Below are positions 45,125 to 56,000 of a stretch of 64,000 nt of DNA, in pieces. The DNA comes from Verrucomicrobiota bacterium (GTDB lineage Bacteria; Verrucomicrobiota; Verrucomicrobiia; Chthoniobacterales; UBA10450): contig QHNK01000028.1 of NCBI GenBank assembly GCA_003218415.1, positions 2,029 to 66,028 of the forward strand, read 5' to 3'. Numbering within the stretch: the stretch's first letter is position 1; each line of letters starts with the position of its first letter. A model generated the notes under the pieces. That model had not been told where the DNA came from, ran no database searches, and was given only the letters and a program-made list of their open reading frames with translations. The translations under genes were made by a program, and so were the position numbers.

Positions 45125-46552
45125 TCAGCTCGGCGTGCCGCCGTGAAGAATCGGCTCCGTCGCGATTTCATCGAGCGTGGGCTGCTGTGTTTGCAGGTAA
45201 GTGCGGCCCTTGTAGAAGCAGGCGACCACGACAAACACCACCGCGGCGGCGAACATGAAAATCGTAAAGAACGTGAAGTATTGGTAGTCATTCAGCTTGC
45301 GTGTGCCGTCGGGGTTCAACACCCAACTGTTGAATAGACCAACGAACCCTTCGCCGGATGCAACCGTGAGGAGCCACAATGCCATTACCGAACTCTTCAT
45401 CGTATTTGGCGACTGAGTGTATGAAAACTCTAGTCCGGTAATCGACACCATCGCTTCGCCGAGCGTGAGAATGACGTACGCGAGCAGTTGCCAATTAATG
45501 CTGGGCTTAAGTCCCAAATCGATTTGGCCCTGGATCCAAACGATCACCACAAAAGACAAACCGGTGAGAAAAAGGCCGATACCGATTTTCCGCAGGGGCG
45601 TAAGCGGGAAGACTTTGTCAATCGCCGGATAAATCACGTAGTTGACCAGCGGAATGAAAATCAGGATCAGGATCGGGTTTGCCGTTTGCACTTGAGCGGC
45701 GATCAAATCCATGCCGAGCCAGTGCAGGTTCATTTTCTCCGCTTGCAGGGTCCACTCGACGCCGTTGCTCATTCCCCACAAACCCCAGAAGACCAAAATG
45801 AAAACGTAAACCATCGCGATGCGGGCCAGCGTGATGAGACCTTCCTTACTGAATGTTTCTCGCAAATAGCCGAGCCCTCCCGGCGGCACATGCACGAATT
45901 TGTTGCGACCGCCCCAGAAGAACAAGGTGGCGATCACCATTGTAATACCAGGAATTCCAAAGGCCCACCCAGGGCCATACTTGGGATTTGCAAGCAACCA
46001 TGGACAGAGGATGGAGGAGATGAACGAACCGGCGTTGATCGAAAAATAGAACCAGCCAAACATCTTCGAGAGCAGATGTTTGTTGGATTCGCCAAACTGA
46101 TCGCCCACGTTGGCCGATACACATGGTTTGATCCCGCCCGCGCCAAGGCAAATCAGCGTCAACCCCATTGCGAGCATCGTGCGTTGCCCGATGGCGATTC
46201 CCCAGGAAGTGGCCATGCACGCGAGGGTAAGATTGCCCAGGCAGTACACGATCGAAAGCGACAGGATCGTCCAGTATTTGCCGACCAAACCGTCGGCGAT
46301 AATGGCGCCGAGCACCGGGAGAGCATAGACGCCCATCACAAAATAATGGGTATACATGTACGCCTCGTTCGGACTCATCGACGCGAGCACGCCCGACTGG
46401 TTCAAGATGTAATGCGCCATGAAGACGGTCAGAACCGACTTCATGCCGTAATAAGAGAAGCGCTCAGCCGCTTCGTTGCCGATGATGTACGGCACGCCCG
46501 GCGGCATGCCAGTGAGGTTGGGTGGCGAAGTTAAATATTTGTGTTTGGCCAT
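45125..46552 (-). CDS. proton-dependent oligopeptide transporter (POT/PTR2 family)
   Basis: ...IIGNEAAERFSYYGMKSVLTVFM... PTR2 signature, about 12-14 TM. AAGGAG lies upstream of ATG 46552. Confidence 0.9.
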   Translation of the reverse strand: MAKHKYLTSPPNLTGMPPGVPYIIGNEAAERFSYYGMKSVLTVFMAHYILNQSGVLASMSPNEAYMYTHYFVMGVYALPVLGAIIADGLVGKYWTILSLSIVYCLGNLTLACMATSWGIAIGQRTMLAMGLTLICLGAGGIKPCVSANVGDQFGESNKHLLSKMFGWFYFSINAGSFISSILCPWLLANPKYGPGWAFGIPGITMVIATLFFWGGRNKFVHVPPGGLGYLRETFSKEGLITLARIAMVYVFILVFWGLWGMSNGVEWTLQAEKMNLHWLGMDLIAAQVQTANPILILIFIPLVNYVIYPAIDKVFPLTPLRKIGIGLFLTGLSFVVIVWIQGQIDLGLKPSINWQLLAYVILTLGEAMVSITGLEFSYTQSPNTMKSSVMALWLLTVASGEGFVGLFNSWVLNPDGTRKLNDYQYFTFFTIFMFAAAVVFVVVACFYKGRTYLQTQQPTLDEIATEPILHGGTPS

Positions 46553-46566
46553 ATGATCTCCTTTAA

Positions 46567-46782
46567 TTAGCGAGCTTCATGCGGAGAGGATTCGGCCGGC
46601 GTTGGGGAACCCGAAGATTCGTCAGCAGTTTTCTTTGTCGCGTTCGACCAAACCTTTACTGGATCGGGTTGCTCACGCTGGACGTCCGGCATCTGGCCGA
46701 GCGGATGCTTTTCGCAGGATATGCAAAACAGCAGCATGCCAAGCAAAACAGCAATGACACCGTGGCGGAGGAAAAAAGCCAT
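46567..46782 (-). CDS. hypothetical small secreted/membrane protein upstream of the POT gene
   Basis: 71 aa, N-terminal hydrophobic segment VIAVLLGMLLFCISC, then a polar tail. 14 nt upstream of the POT gene. Confidence 0.4.
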   Translation of the reverse strand: MAFFLRHGVIAVLLGMLLFCISCEKHPLGQMPDVQREQPDPVKVWSNATKKTADESSGSPTPAESSPHEAR

Positions 46783-46842
46783 AATGCGCTGGCACAGTTA
46801 TCAGCCTCTGGTCTCGCGTGCAAGGATGAAAGCGCGGTAGCT

Positions 46843-46894
46843 GTAGTGGCGTTTGTGTCAAACGCATAGGCGCTCGCTGCGGCGAGCGCCTACA
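46843..46894. repeat. TGTAG-type double hairpin (variant copy)
   Basis: TGTAGTGGCGTTTGTGTCAAACGCATAGGCGCTCGCTGCGGCGAGCGCCTACA. GCGTTTG/CAAACGC and TAGGCGCTCGC/GCGAGCGCCTA stems. Confidence 0.7.
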
Positions 46895-46902
46895 CAACGT
46901 GA

Positions 46903-49377
46903 TTGAAAGACGCGGGCTTGGAGTTACTATCAAACGCGGTGGCCCGCACGGACAGAAACAACGCTTGGAACGAAGTCTTCGCTCTCGTTCTGCTTTTTGT
47001 CGGGACATTGCTGTTTTTCGCGCTGATTTCCTACACGCCAAAAGATATACCGTCCTGGATCTGGTTTAGCCACGTTTCACCGGCGAATCGTCCTGCGCAA
47101 AATTTCATCGGGCCCGTGGGCGCAATTGTAGCGGGCATCTGCTATCAAACCATTGGCGTTTTCGCTTCGCTGTTGCTGGCAGCAGTTCTACTCGGTTTCG
47201 GTGTAGCGAAATTGTTTCATCCCCGGTTACGTGTGACGCCCCGAATCCCATGGATCGTTCTGTTCATCGTAGCCGGTGCGTGCCTCGACCAGTTATGGGA
47301 CATAGGTCACTTGCTCGGGTTGAAGGTGCCGGTGGACATTCAAGGGCCCGGCGGCTTGATCGGCTATCGCTTGGGCGATGAACATCGTGGCCTGCTCCGC
47401 GCCGCGCTCGGCCCTGTCGGCTCGCTTGTTCTTCTGATGGGAATTTACGCGACCACACTGATTTTGGTTACGGGACTGCGCCCGATTCACCTGATTCGCG
47501 AAACGGTTGCCGCCACGCGACGGGTCGGGGCAGGGCTGCAGGAATGGCAATTGCGCCGCAGGCTGGGCAAAGCCGATCTCAAAGAAAAGCTGGAGATTAG
47601 GGAGAAGCAGCTGGCGAAGGAACGGCGAATGTATGAAAAAGCGTTGAGAAAGAAAGGCATGCCTGTGCCTGAGGCGGTTGGGGCGACCATTTCGGCGGAG
47701 GAGCTGGCAAAGCGACCAAAGCCGAAGGTGGTCGATACAACTGCGTTGCCGAGCGAGCACGTGGGGCCGGTTGGCCGGAAACCATCTCTTGCCGAATTGC
47801 GCGCAATCGAGGAAAAAGCAAGGCCGGATTCGAACGTGACCAGCGTTACTTCGAGCTGGGAAAATTACGTGTTGCCAGGCTTGGATCTGCTCGACGAGCA
47901 CAGTCTCGAAGGCCGCGCGGCCACCGATCCCTCTGAATTGGAGGAAGTCCGGCAAATCCTGATTGATACGCTGGCGCAATTTGGCATTGCCGTCGCGCCG
48001 GGCGACATCACAAAAGGCCCCACCATTACGCGCTACGAAGTGTATCCAGCAAAAGGCGTTCGCGTGGACAAGATTGTGAGCTTGGAGCGAGACCTGGCCC
48101 GCGCCACACGCGCCGAGCGGATCAACATTCTCGCACCGATTCCTGGGAAAGACACGGTCGGCATCGAGCTAGCGAATACTCGGAAAGTGACCGTGAAGCT
48201 GCGCGAACTCTTGCAATCACCCGATTGGGAGGAGGCGAAATCACATGCAAGAATTCCGCTCGCGCTTGGCAAAGATGTTTACGGTAAAGCAATCATCACT
48301 GATTTGGCGCAAATGCCGCATTTGCTGGTGGCCGGTACCACGGGCAGCGGCAAGAGCGTTTGTATCAATGCGCTGATTGCCAGCATGCTCTTTCGCTTCA
48401 CGCCGGAAGAACTGCGTTTTGTGATCATTGATCCGAAAATGGTCGAGCTACAGGCCTATCATTCGCTGCCGCATCTTGCCTTCCCCATCGTGACGGATCC
48501 GAAAAAAGTGCTGCTCGCCTTGCGGTGGTTGATTGACCAGATGGAACGCCGCTACAAAATGTTTGCGCGCATGGGCGTGCGCAACATTGTCGGCTTCAAC
48601 GCGCGGCCGGTCAAAAAGAAGAAAGCGGAAGAAGGCGAAGATTTTGTAGTGGCAGGCGTGTCGCCTGCCAAAGCGAAAGCAGCCGATACGGCTGCCGCTA
48701 CAGAAGAGCAAATTCCCGACAAAATCCCATACGTCGTAGTCATCATTGATGAGCTGGCTGATCTGATGCAAACGGCGCCAGCGGACGTCGAGACGGCGAT
48801 CGCGCGCATCACGCAAATGGCGCGCGCGGCTGGCATTCATCTGATTGTCGCGACGCAAACCCCGCGCGCGGATGTGATCACTGGCGTAATCAAAGCGAAT
48901 ATTCCCTGCCGAATCGCGTTTCAGGTTGCCTCCAAGATCGACAGTCGTGTCATTCTAGACGAAAACGGAGCTGATCGTTTGCTCGGACAAGGCGACATGC
49001 TTTATCTACCGCCAAGCGCTTCGCGTCTGATTCGCGCTCAAGGCGTGCTGGTTACGGACGATGAAATTCATCGCCTGGTGGAATTCGTTTCGAAACAAAG
49101 CCCGCCCGCCTTCGACACAGCGATGCATGAGAAGCTGCAATCGACGGCCGCGCCGGAGGAAGAAGTGACCAGCGAAGATGAAGAGCTCGTCGAGAAGTGC
49201 CTTGAAATCATTCGACAGGAAAAACGCGCCTCCACTTCATTGCTTCAGCGCCGGCTTCGGCTCGGTTACACGCGCGCCGCGCGCATCGTTGATATTCTGG
49301 AGCAGCGCGGTATTTTGGGTCCCGGCGAAGGCGCCAAACCACGCGAGATTCTGGTCGATCTCGATGCTGCCGTTTAG
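46903..49377 (+). CDS. ftsK: DNA translocase FtsK/SpoIIIE
   Basis: N-terminal TM block, linker, motor with Walker A GTTGSGKSV and VVIIDELADLM, and a C-terminal gamma winged-helix ...LLQRRLRLGYTRAARIVDILE. Confidence 0.95.
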   Translation: MKDAGLELLSNAVARTDRNNAWNEVFALVLLFVGTLLFFALISYTPKDIPSWIWFSHVSPANRPAQNFIGPVGAIVAGICYQTIGVFASLLLAAVLLGFGVAKLFHPRLRVTPRIPWIVLFIVAGACLDQLWDIGHLLGLKVPVDIQGPGGLIGYRLGDEHRGLLRAALGPVGSLVLLMGIYATTLILVTGLRPIHLIRETVAATRRVGAGLQEWQLRRRLGKADLKEKLEIREKQLAKERRMYEKALRKKGMPVPEAVGATISAEELAKRPKPKVVDTTALPSEHVGPVGRKPSLAELRAIEEKARPDSNVTSVTSSWENYVLPGLDLLDEHSLEGRAATDPSELEEVRQILIDTLAQFGIAVAPGDITKGPTITRYEVYPAKGVRVDKIVSLERDLARATRAERINILAPIPGKDTVGIELANTRKVTVKLRELLQSPDWEEAKSHARIPLALGKDVYGKAIITDLAQMPHLLVAGTTGSGKSVCINALIASMLFRFTPEELRFVIIDPKMVELQAYHSLPHLAFPIVTDPKKVLLALRWLIDQMERRYKMFARMGVRNIVGFNARPVKKKKAEEGEDFVVAGVSPAKAKAADTAAATEEQIPDKIPYVVVIIDELADLMQTAPADVETAIARITQMARAAGIHLIVATQTPRADVITGVIKANIPCRIAFQVASKIDSRVILDENGADRLLGQGDMLYLPPSASRLIRAQGVLVTDDEIHRLVEFVSKQSPPAFDTAMHEKLQSTAAPEEEVTSEDEELVEKCLEIIRQEKRASTSLLQRRLRLGYTRAARIVDILEQRGILGPGEGAKPREILVDLDAAV

Positions 49378-49393
49378 CCGGCATTTCGCGCTA

Positions 49394-50314
49394 ATGACGA
49401 TAGAAGGACTTGGCAAAAAATTTCAGGAAGCAAGGCGCGTGAGAAATCTCACGCTCGATGAAGCAGCGCGGATGACGAAGATTCGTCCCGCCCGGCTCGC
49501 GGAAATTGAGGCGGATGATTTTTCTCAATTTCCGAGCCTGGCGTACGCAAAGGGTTTCCTGCTCATCTATGGGAAATTTTTGGATGTCGATGTCACTCCG
49601 TATCTTGATGCGTTCGAAGATTCGGAGCGCGTGACCGTCGATGGGTACTCATATCTTCAGGAACACGAGCGTGCCAAGCCAGTCAGTGCGCCAGTTGTTC
49701 CGCGCCGTCCCGTTAGCACCGGTGGTTACCGCGTCTCGCCAATGCCACTGATCGTCGGGATCGTGGTGTTGGTGATTGGCTTTTTGCTAATGAAACTGGT
49801 TCTCAATGTGCAACGGCTCGCACCGGGGCGAGGTGAGCCGACCGCGCAGGTATCGCCAAGTGCATCGCCTGTTTCACCTGCACCGGCTCAAGCTTCGCCA
49901 GCTAAGGTTGCGGCCGCTCCATCGGTCGCGGCAACAGTGTCGCCTGCGCCGACGATCGCGCGGACCGCCATCACGGCGGCTTCCGGGAAGCCAGGTGAAC
50001 CGGAGGTGCGTCGCGCCAAACCTGTGACTCGGGAAGACCTAGCCAAGGCGCAAGAGACAGCGAATCCATCGTTGGCAGAATCCGGCGAACAGAATCGCGT
50101 CGCTATTCGCCCACTCAAAAGAACCTACGTAAGGGTGACTGTAGGCGACGAGAAGGGGAGTCCCGCGTTCGAGCGCTGGGTCTCGCCGACTGACGGCACG
50201 GTTGAATTTCGCGGTAAGCATGTCTCGATTCGGGTTCTCGATCCTGAGGCCGTTACGATCACGAAAAACGGCAAGACGCTGGAAGAAGGCGACGAAGACG
50301 TAACCATCAACTGA
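49394..50314 (+). CDS. rodZ: RodZ-like HTH/DUF4115 cytoskeleton-associated protein
   Basis: N-terminal HTH LGKKFQEARRVRNLTLDEAARMTKIRPARLAEIE, single TM, Pro/Ala/Ser linker, C-terminal beta domain ...VRVTVGDEKG....V.ITKNGK. ATG 49394 lies after the ftsK stop. Confidence 0.8.
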   Translation: MTIEGLGKKFQEARRVRNLTLDEAARMTKIRPARLAEIEADDFSQFPSLAYAKGFLLIYGKFLDVDVTPYLDAFEDSERVTVDGYSYLQEHERAKPVSAPVVPRRPVSTGGYRVSPMPLIVGIVVLVIGFLLMKLVLNVQRLAPGRGEPTAQVSPSASPVSPAPAQASPAKVAAAPSVAATVSPAPTIARTAITAASGKPGEPEVRRAKPVTREDLAKAQETANPSLAESGEQNRVAIRPLKRTYVRVTVGDEKGSPAFERWVSPTDGTVEFRGKHVSIRVLDPEAVTITKNGKTLEEGDEDVTIN

Positions 50315-50334
50315 GAGCAGTCGGAAGGGTCCTA

Positions 50335-50369
50335 AGAAAACGCCCAACGTCCAACGTCGGACATCGAAT
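50335..50369 (+). repeat. solo copy of the heptamer-array arm
   Basis: AGAAAACGCCCAACGTCCAACGTCGGACATCGAAT. 23 of its first 24 nt are identical to 20327..20350. It lies between the rodZ-like stop and the rimO start. Confidence 0.75.
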
Positions 50370-50375
50370 GCTGAG

Positions 50376-51776
50376 ATGAAAACAAAAGGGAATGGTGTCG
50401 CCCGGAAACCGAAGGTCGGCATGATCAGTCTCGGTTGCGCCAAAAATCTTGTCGATGCAGAGATCATGCTGGGAAGCGTTTTACAGCGGGGAATGGAAAT
50501 CACATCGCGCCCCGAGGACGCCGATGTCCTGGTGGTAAATACCTGCGCGTTCATTGATTCAGCCAAGGAAGAATCCATCGAAGCGATTCTGGAGGCGCAT
50601 CAGCAGCGCGGCTTGAACAGGCGGCCAGATCAAAAACTGATCGTAAGCGGCTGCATGTCGCAGCGATTCGCGAAAGAACTACGCCACGAGATGCCGGAGG
50701 TAGATGCGTTTGTTGGACTCGATCAGATCGCACAGCTTGGGGCGATTGTTGAAGACGTTTTGGCAAAACGCCCAGCGCCCAATGAAGAGGATGACGAGAT
50801 CGATCCTGCGTTTGCGAATACGCGACCGAAGTACATTCCGGATTACGACACGCCCCGCTTCAGGCTTACTCCGGTGCATTTTGCTTACGTAAAAATTGCC
50901 GAAGGCTGCAACCACCCCTGCAGTTTTTGCGTGATCCCTCAAATGCGAGGCAAACACCGCAGCCGTACTCCGGAATCTGTTTTGGCAGAAATTCGCGGGC
51001 TTGTTAACGAAAGCGTGCGCGAGATCAACTTGATCAGCCAGGACACCACGTATTACGGGATGGATTTGTGGTCGAGGAAAGCAGGGCCGCGTCAGCCAGT
51101 TGATTCGACGCGGGGACCGACGCTTGCGGCGCTGCTTCGCGAAATTCAAGAGATTGAAGGCGAATTCTGGGTCCGCCTGCTTTACACACACCCGGCGCAT
51201 TGGAGCGATGAACTGATTGAGACTATCGCACAGTGCGACAAGGTCGCGCGCTACGTCGATATTCCCTTGCAACATATCGACGATTCAATGTTGGGACGGA
51301 TGCGACGGGAAACATCGCGCGCACACATCGAAAATTTGATTCATAGACTGCGTACTGGGGTTCCCGGCGTCACGTTGCGCACCACTTTCATCGTTGGATT
51401 TCCCGGGGAAACCGATGGGGAATTCACGAGCCTTCTTGATTTCATTCGGCGGATTCGATTCGAACGGCTGGGAATATTCAAATATTCTCAGGAAGAAGAC
51501 TCGCGCGCGGCGAAAATGCCACGGCAGATTCCCGCAAAAATTAAGAACGCACGTTACCGCGCGGCGATGTTGCTTCAGCAACAGATTGCTCATGAAATTG
51601 CCTGCGAGAAAGTTGGACGCGATCTCAAATTACTGGTTGATCAGCCGCATATCGCCCGCAGCGAAGGCGATGCTCCGGATGTTGATGCGCGCGTTGTGTT
51701 ATCAGAGGCTGCGCGCGTCGGCGAGTTCATTCGGCGCAGGATCTCTGGAAGCCGCGGCTACGATCTTCTAGCATAA
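50376..51776 (+). CDS. rimO: ribosomal protein S12 methylthiotransferase RimO
   Basis: UPF0004 domain GMISLGCAKNLVDAEIMLG, radical SAM CNHPCSFC, C-terminal TRAM domain. Confidence 0.9.
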   Translation: MKTKGNGVARKPKVGMISLGCAKNLVDAEIMLGSVLQRGMEITSRPEDADVLVVNTCAFIDSAKEESIEAILEAHQQRGLNRRPDQKLIVSGCMSQRFAKELRHEMPEVDAFVGLDQIAQLGAIVEDVLAKRPAPNEEDDEIDPAFANTRPKYIPDYDTPRFRLTPVHFAYVKIAEGCNHPCSFCVIPQMRGKHRSRTPESVLAEIRGLVNESVREINLISQDTTYYGMDLWSRKAGPRQPVDSTRGPTLAALLREIQEIEGEFWVRLLYTHPAHWSDELIETIAQCDKVARYVDIPLQHIDDSMLGRMRRETSRAHIENLIHRLRTGVPGVTLRTTFIVGFPGETDGEFTSLLDFIRRIRFERLGIFKYSQEEDSRAAKMPRQIPAKIKNARYRAAMLLQQQIAHEIACEKVGRDLKLLVDQPHIARSEGDAPDVDARVVLSEAARVGEFIRRRISGSRGYDLLA

Positions 51777-51870
51777 GGGTGGAGCATTTTCCCCTTGAGC
51801 GCTAAAGTTAACGAGTGACAAGAGCGCGATTTCTGATCAATTAAATTTCACGACTGATTTGTTTCGCTCC

Positions 51871-52314
51871 ATGGCAGGCCCAAACGAACCGCAAAAAGAA
51901 ACTGTTCGCGTTGACTTGCCGCTTCCGATCTCAGCGAAATCGCCAGATACCAGCGTAAAACCGCGCGAAACGGTGCGAATTCAATTGCCGGTTCGTGATG
52001 CTCGAGATGTTGCGCCGACCGAATTGTTTGGGCCGCCGAATCAGTCCGCTGTTGCTCCCGTTCCGCGCACTCCGGATCCGGTGCCTCTTGAACTAAGAAA
52101 GGAGACAGCGCGCATTTCACCTGCGCCGGCCAAAGGTCCAGCCCCGGCTCAAATGAAAAATACTGAGGCGTTCGTCGCCACCCCAAATCTTGGTTCGCGA
52201 AACGCGCCAGGTGCTGTCGTGCCTGCAGAAAAAAAACCAATGCTGCTCTGGTGGATACTGCTCGCTGTTTCGGCCTTGATTTTGATTATTCAGATTTGGA
52301 CTTACTTTTCGTAA
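51871..52314 (+). CDS. hypothetical Pro-rich, C-terminally anchored protein
   Basis: Repeated KETVR(V/I)xLP motifs, a Pro/Ala-rich body and a terminal TM MLLWWILLAVSALILIIQIWTYF. ATG 51871 (alternative TTG 51859). Confidence 0.55.
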   Translation: MAGPNEPQKETVRVDLPLPISAKSPDTSVKPRETVRIQLPVRDARDVAPTELFGPPNQSAVAPVPRTPDPVPLELRKETARISPAPAKGPAPAQMKNTEAFVATPNLGSRNAPGAVVPAEKKPMLLWWILLAVSALILIIQIWTYFS

Positions 52315-52318
52315 AGTT

Positions 52319-52648
52319 ATGGAAAATTCTACCGTTATTAAGCTCGATGAATCCAATTTTGACCGTGAACTGACGCAGGACGACAAGCCCGTGATCGTCG
52401 ATTTCTGGGCAGAATGGTGCGGACCTTGCAAAATGATCGCGCCGCTGCTGGATGAGATTGCGCGCGAAAAAGCGGGCGCGGTCAAGGTAGCGAAAGTGAA
52501 TGTGGACGAAAATCAGAGTCTCTCGTTCAAGTACAGTATTCGTGCGATCCCGGCTCTGCTCTTTTTCAAGAACGGCCAGTTGCGCGACCAGGTGACCGGC
52601 GTGACCAGCAAGAAGGATCTGTTGAATCGGCTCGACGCGCTGGCATAG
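52319..52648 (+). CDS. trxA: thioredoxin
   Basis: 109 aa, active site WAEWCGPCK. Confidence 0.95.
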   Translation: MENSTVIKLDESNFDRELTQDDKPVIVDFWAEWCGPCKMIAPLLDEIAREKAGAVKVAKVNVDENQSLSFKYSIRAIPALLFFKNGQLRDQVTGVTSKKDLLNRLDALA

Positions 52649-52674
52649 GAAATTTTCGCGTCGCGAAAATTTCC
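52648..52674 (+). terminator. 12-bp perfect hairpin immediately after trxA
   Basis: GGAAATTTTCGC-GTC-GCGAAAATTTCC begins at the last base of the stop codon. No U-tract follows, so an intrinsic-terminator role is uncertain. Confidence 0.35.
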
Positions 52675-52748
52675 GTGATCCGTGATCAGAAGCGCTGCAT
52701 CTTTTGCCTACTATTGATCGCGGATCACCGATCACCCTTGAAAGAAAC

Positions 52749-52822
52749 TGCGCCCGGCGGGGGTCGAACCCACAGCCTTTGGCTCCGGAGGCCAACGCTC
52801 TGTCCAATTGAGCTACGGGCGC
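52749..52822 (-). tRNA. tRNA-Arg (anticodon CCG)
   Basis: Minus strand GCGCCCGTAGCTCAATTGGACAGAGCGTTGGCCTCCGGAGCCAAAGGCTGTGGGTTCGACCCCCGCCGGGCGCA. Cloverleaf with a 7-bp acceptor stem, anticodon loop CTCCGGA and T-loop GGTTCGA. CCA is not encoded. Confidence 0.9.
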
Positions 52823-53036
52823 GAGCGGAAACCGAACATAGCCCAATTTAATGGTTTAGCGATTGAGTGATTCAACGATTCGCTGACACGACGTAGGCGT
52901 GGCGAAGGCGACAACTGTTCAAGTTATTCCTCAGATTACGTGCTCGCGGTCATGCTCGCCTGGGGCGTAGCGCAGCGGAAGCGGGAATTAAATGTCGAAG
53001 CGCACTGAACCAAAACACAGCGCAAACGAATGGGTC

Positions 53037-56000
53037 TTACACGGTCGGCGGTGCCGCTGCGCCCTCTTGAATCAGGGAGTCAAGCTTGTTCAGGTCAATC
53101 GGCTTTACCAGGTGATGCTTGAATCCTGCCTCGTAGCTTTTACGGATATCGTCTTCCATCCCGAAACCGGTGAGAGCAATTCCCAGAAGCGGCTGCGTGG
53201 AGTGGAGCTTCTGCATCAAATCAATTCCATTGCCATCCGGCAAAGCCAGGTCACTGATGAGCACATCAAATTGCTCCTTTGCGCTTAAATTGACCGCGGA
53301 TTGAAAGCTCAGCGCTGATCGCACGTGATAGCCGCGTCGCCGAAGCAGATTCGTAAGCGAGCGATTTGTATCCTCGTGATCTTCGACAAGCAGAATCCGC
53401 ATGGGCTGGCGTTCCGGCAGCCTGGGCAAAGCCGCCGGGGCAATTTGCGCCTCCGTTTTTTCGCACGTCGGAAAAACCAACATGAACGTTGCACCTTTAT
53501 TTCGGCCGGCGCTTTGCGCGGTGATCGTTCCCTTGTGAGCTTCCACAAGGGTCTTGCTGATTGCGAGTCCGAGACCTAGCCCTCCCAATTGAGTGCGCCC
53601 CCCTTGTTCGAACGCGTCGAAAATTTTCGGCAGAGCTTCCGCCTCGATCCCGAGCCCGGTATCAGCGATTTCAACACGCAGTTGTCCCTTGGAATCGTTG
53701 CTGGTGGTGATGATAATTTGCCCGTTCCTCGGAGTAAATTTCACCGCGTTATTGATCAGGTTCCAAAAGATCTGCTGCAGGCGCGCGGAGTCTGCTCGCA
53801 TATGCACCTTTTGTGCGCCGAGGTTGAGGACGCGCGCCAGATTCTTCCGATCGATTTCCGCCTGACAAATGTCGAGAGCGTTTTGCAGCAATGTATGCGC
53901 ATCAACGACTTCAAAATTTAGCTGCACCTTGCCTTGATCGATGCGCGTCAGATCAAGCAAGTCATCGATCAGCCGCGCCTCTAATTCCACGTTGCGACGA
54001 ATCATTTGCAATGATTCGTGAATATCCTTCGGCAACTCCGGCTCGCTCTCCAGTGCAAGAGCGGAGGCGAGTACCGGCGTAAGCGGCGTCCGCAATTCGT
54101 GGCTGAGCATGGCAAGAAATTGATCTTTTGCCAGATTCGAGCGCGCCTTTTCTTCCAGTTCCAGGTTTGTCTTCTGCAACTCCGCTGCGAGCGATTGCGA
54201 TTGTTTGAGCAGGTTCTCCGTTTGCGTGCTGGCTTCGATCGTGTTGAGCACAATGCCGATGCTCTCGGTTAATTGATCGAGGAACGCCTGGTGCGTCGGA
54301 CTGAATCGCTCAACCGACGAAAGCTCCATGACCGCTTTTACCTGGCCTTCAAAAAGAATCGGGAGGACCACGATGTTCGTCGGATGAAATTCGCCCAAAC
54401 CGGAACTCACTTTTGCGTAGTTGTTCGGTACATCGGTCAGAAGAATGCGCCGTTTTTCCAACGCCGCTTGTCCGATGAGACTCTCACCAAATTTGAAGCG
54501 ACTCTTTGCGCCGTTGCCTTCATGGGAAGCATAGCTCGCCAGCAACTTGAGCTCCGATTCTCCGTTAGAATTATCGATCATGTAGAAAGCGCCTTGCTGC
54601 GCTGAAACCAGCGGAGCGACCTCGGATAGAATCAGTTTGCCAACCGTCAGAAAATCGCGCTGTCCCTGCAACATTCGGGTGAACTTGGCGAGGTTTGTCT
54701 TGAGCCAGTCTTGCTCCTCATTCCGCAAGGTGGTGTCCCTCAAATTGCGGATCATTTCGTTGATGTTGTCCTTGACGAAGGCAACCTCGCCTTGTGCTTC
54801 CACCTGAATCGAACGGGTGAGATCGCCCTTCGTGACTGCTGTCGCCACATCAGCGATAGCACGAAGCTGCGTGGTCAGATTTGCCGCCAGGCGGTTAACG
54901 TTGTCGGTCAAATCCCGCCATGTGCCTGCGGCGCCAGGCACGTTCCCCTGACCGCCGAGTTTGCCTTCCACGCCTACTTCGCGCGCCACGGTCGTAACCT
55001 GATCGGCGAACGTCGCGAGGGTATCGATCATGTTATTGATGGTGTCGGCGAGCTGGGCAATTTCACCTTTGGCTTCAAGGAAAAGTTTGCGGTTCAAATC
55101 GCCGTTTGCGACCGCCGTCACCACCTTGGCAATGCCACGCACCTGATCGGTGAGGTTTGACGCCATGAAGTTGACATTGTCCGTAAGATCTTTCCACGTC
55201 CCCGAAACACCTTTCACTACCGCCTGGCCACCGAGCTTGCCTTCCATTCCGACTTCGCGCGCCACGCGAGTGACTTCGTCCGCGAATGACGACAGCTGAT
55301 CCACCATCGTATTGACCGTGTTCTTCAATTCGAGAATCTCGCCTTTGACATCGACGGTGATCTTCTTTGTGAGATCGCCTGTGGCAACCGCAGTGGTCAC
55401 GGCAGCGATGTTGCGCACCTGTGTCGTTAGATTGGACGCCATGAAGTTGACGTTGTCGCCGAGGTCCTTCCATACGCCTGCCAGACCTCGCACATCGGCT
55501 TGTCCACCCAGCTTGCCTTCCGAACCGACTTCGCGCGCCACGCGAGTGACTTCGGATCCGAACGAGCGTAGTTGACCCACCATCGTGTTAATCGTGTCCT
55601 TTAGTTCCAGAATCTCGCCTTTGACATCGACGGTGATCTTCTTTGACAAGTCGCCCATTGCGACCGCAGTGGTCACAGCCGCGATGTTGCGGACCTGTGC
55701 GGTGAGATTGGAGGCCATCGAGTTCACAGAATCGGTCAGATCTTTCCACGTGCCGGCCACACCACGCACATCCGCTTGGCCTCCGAGCTTGCCGTCCGTG
55801 CCGACTTCACGGGCGACGCGCGTCACTTCCGCCGCAAACGACGAAAGTTGGTCCACCATGGTGTTGATGGTGTTCTTCAACTCGAGAATCTCGCCCTTTA
55901 CGTCCACCGTGATCTTTTTGGTGAGATCGCCGGTTGCGACTGCCGTCGTGACCGCGGCAATGTTGCGGACCTGAGCAGTGAGATTTGACGCCATGAAATT

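Noticed and set aside
45488-46534. 348-aa plus-strand ORF
   Set aside because: It is antisense to the POT transporter, which has clear family signatures. The ORF is His/Arg/Asp-rich with no motifs.
49178-49393. N-terminal extension of the rodZ-like ORF
   Set aside because: It overlaps the 3' end of ftsK in another frame. The recognisable HTH begins right after ATG 49394.
52286-52846. 186-aa minus-strand ORF
   Set aside because: It overlaps tRNA-Arg (translated as ...VAQLDRALAS...) and is antisense to trxA.
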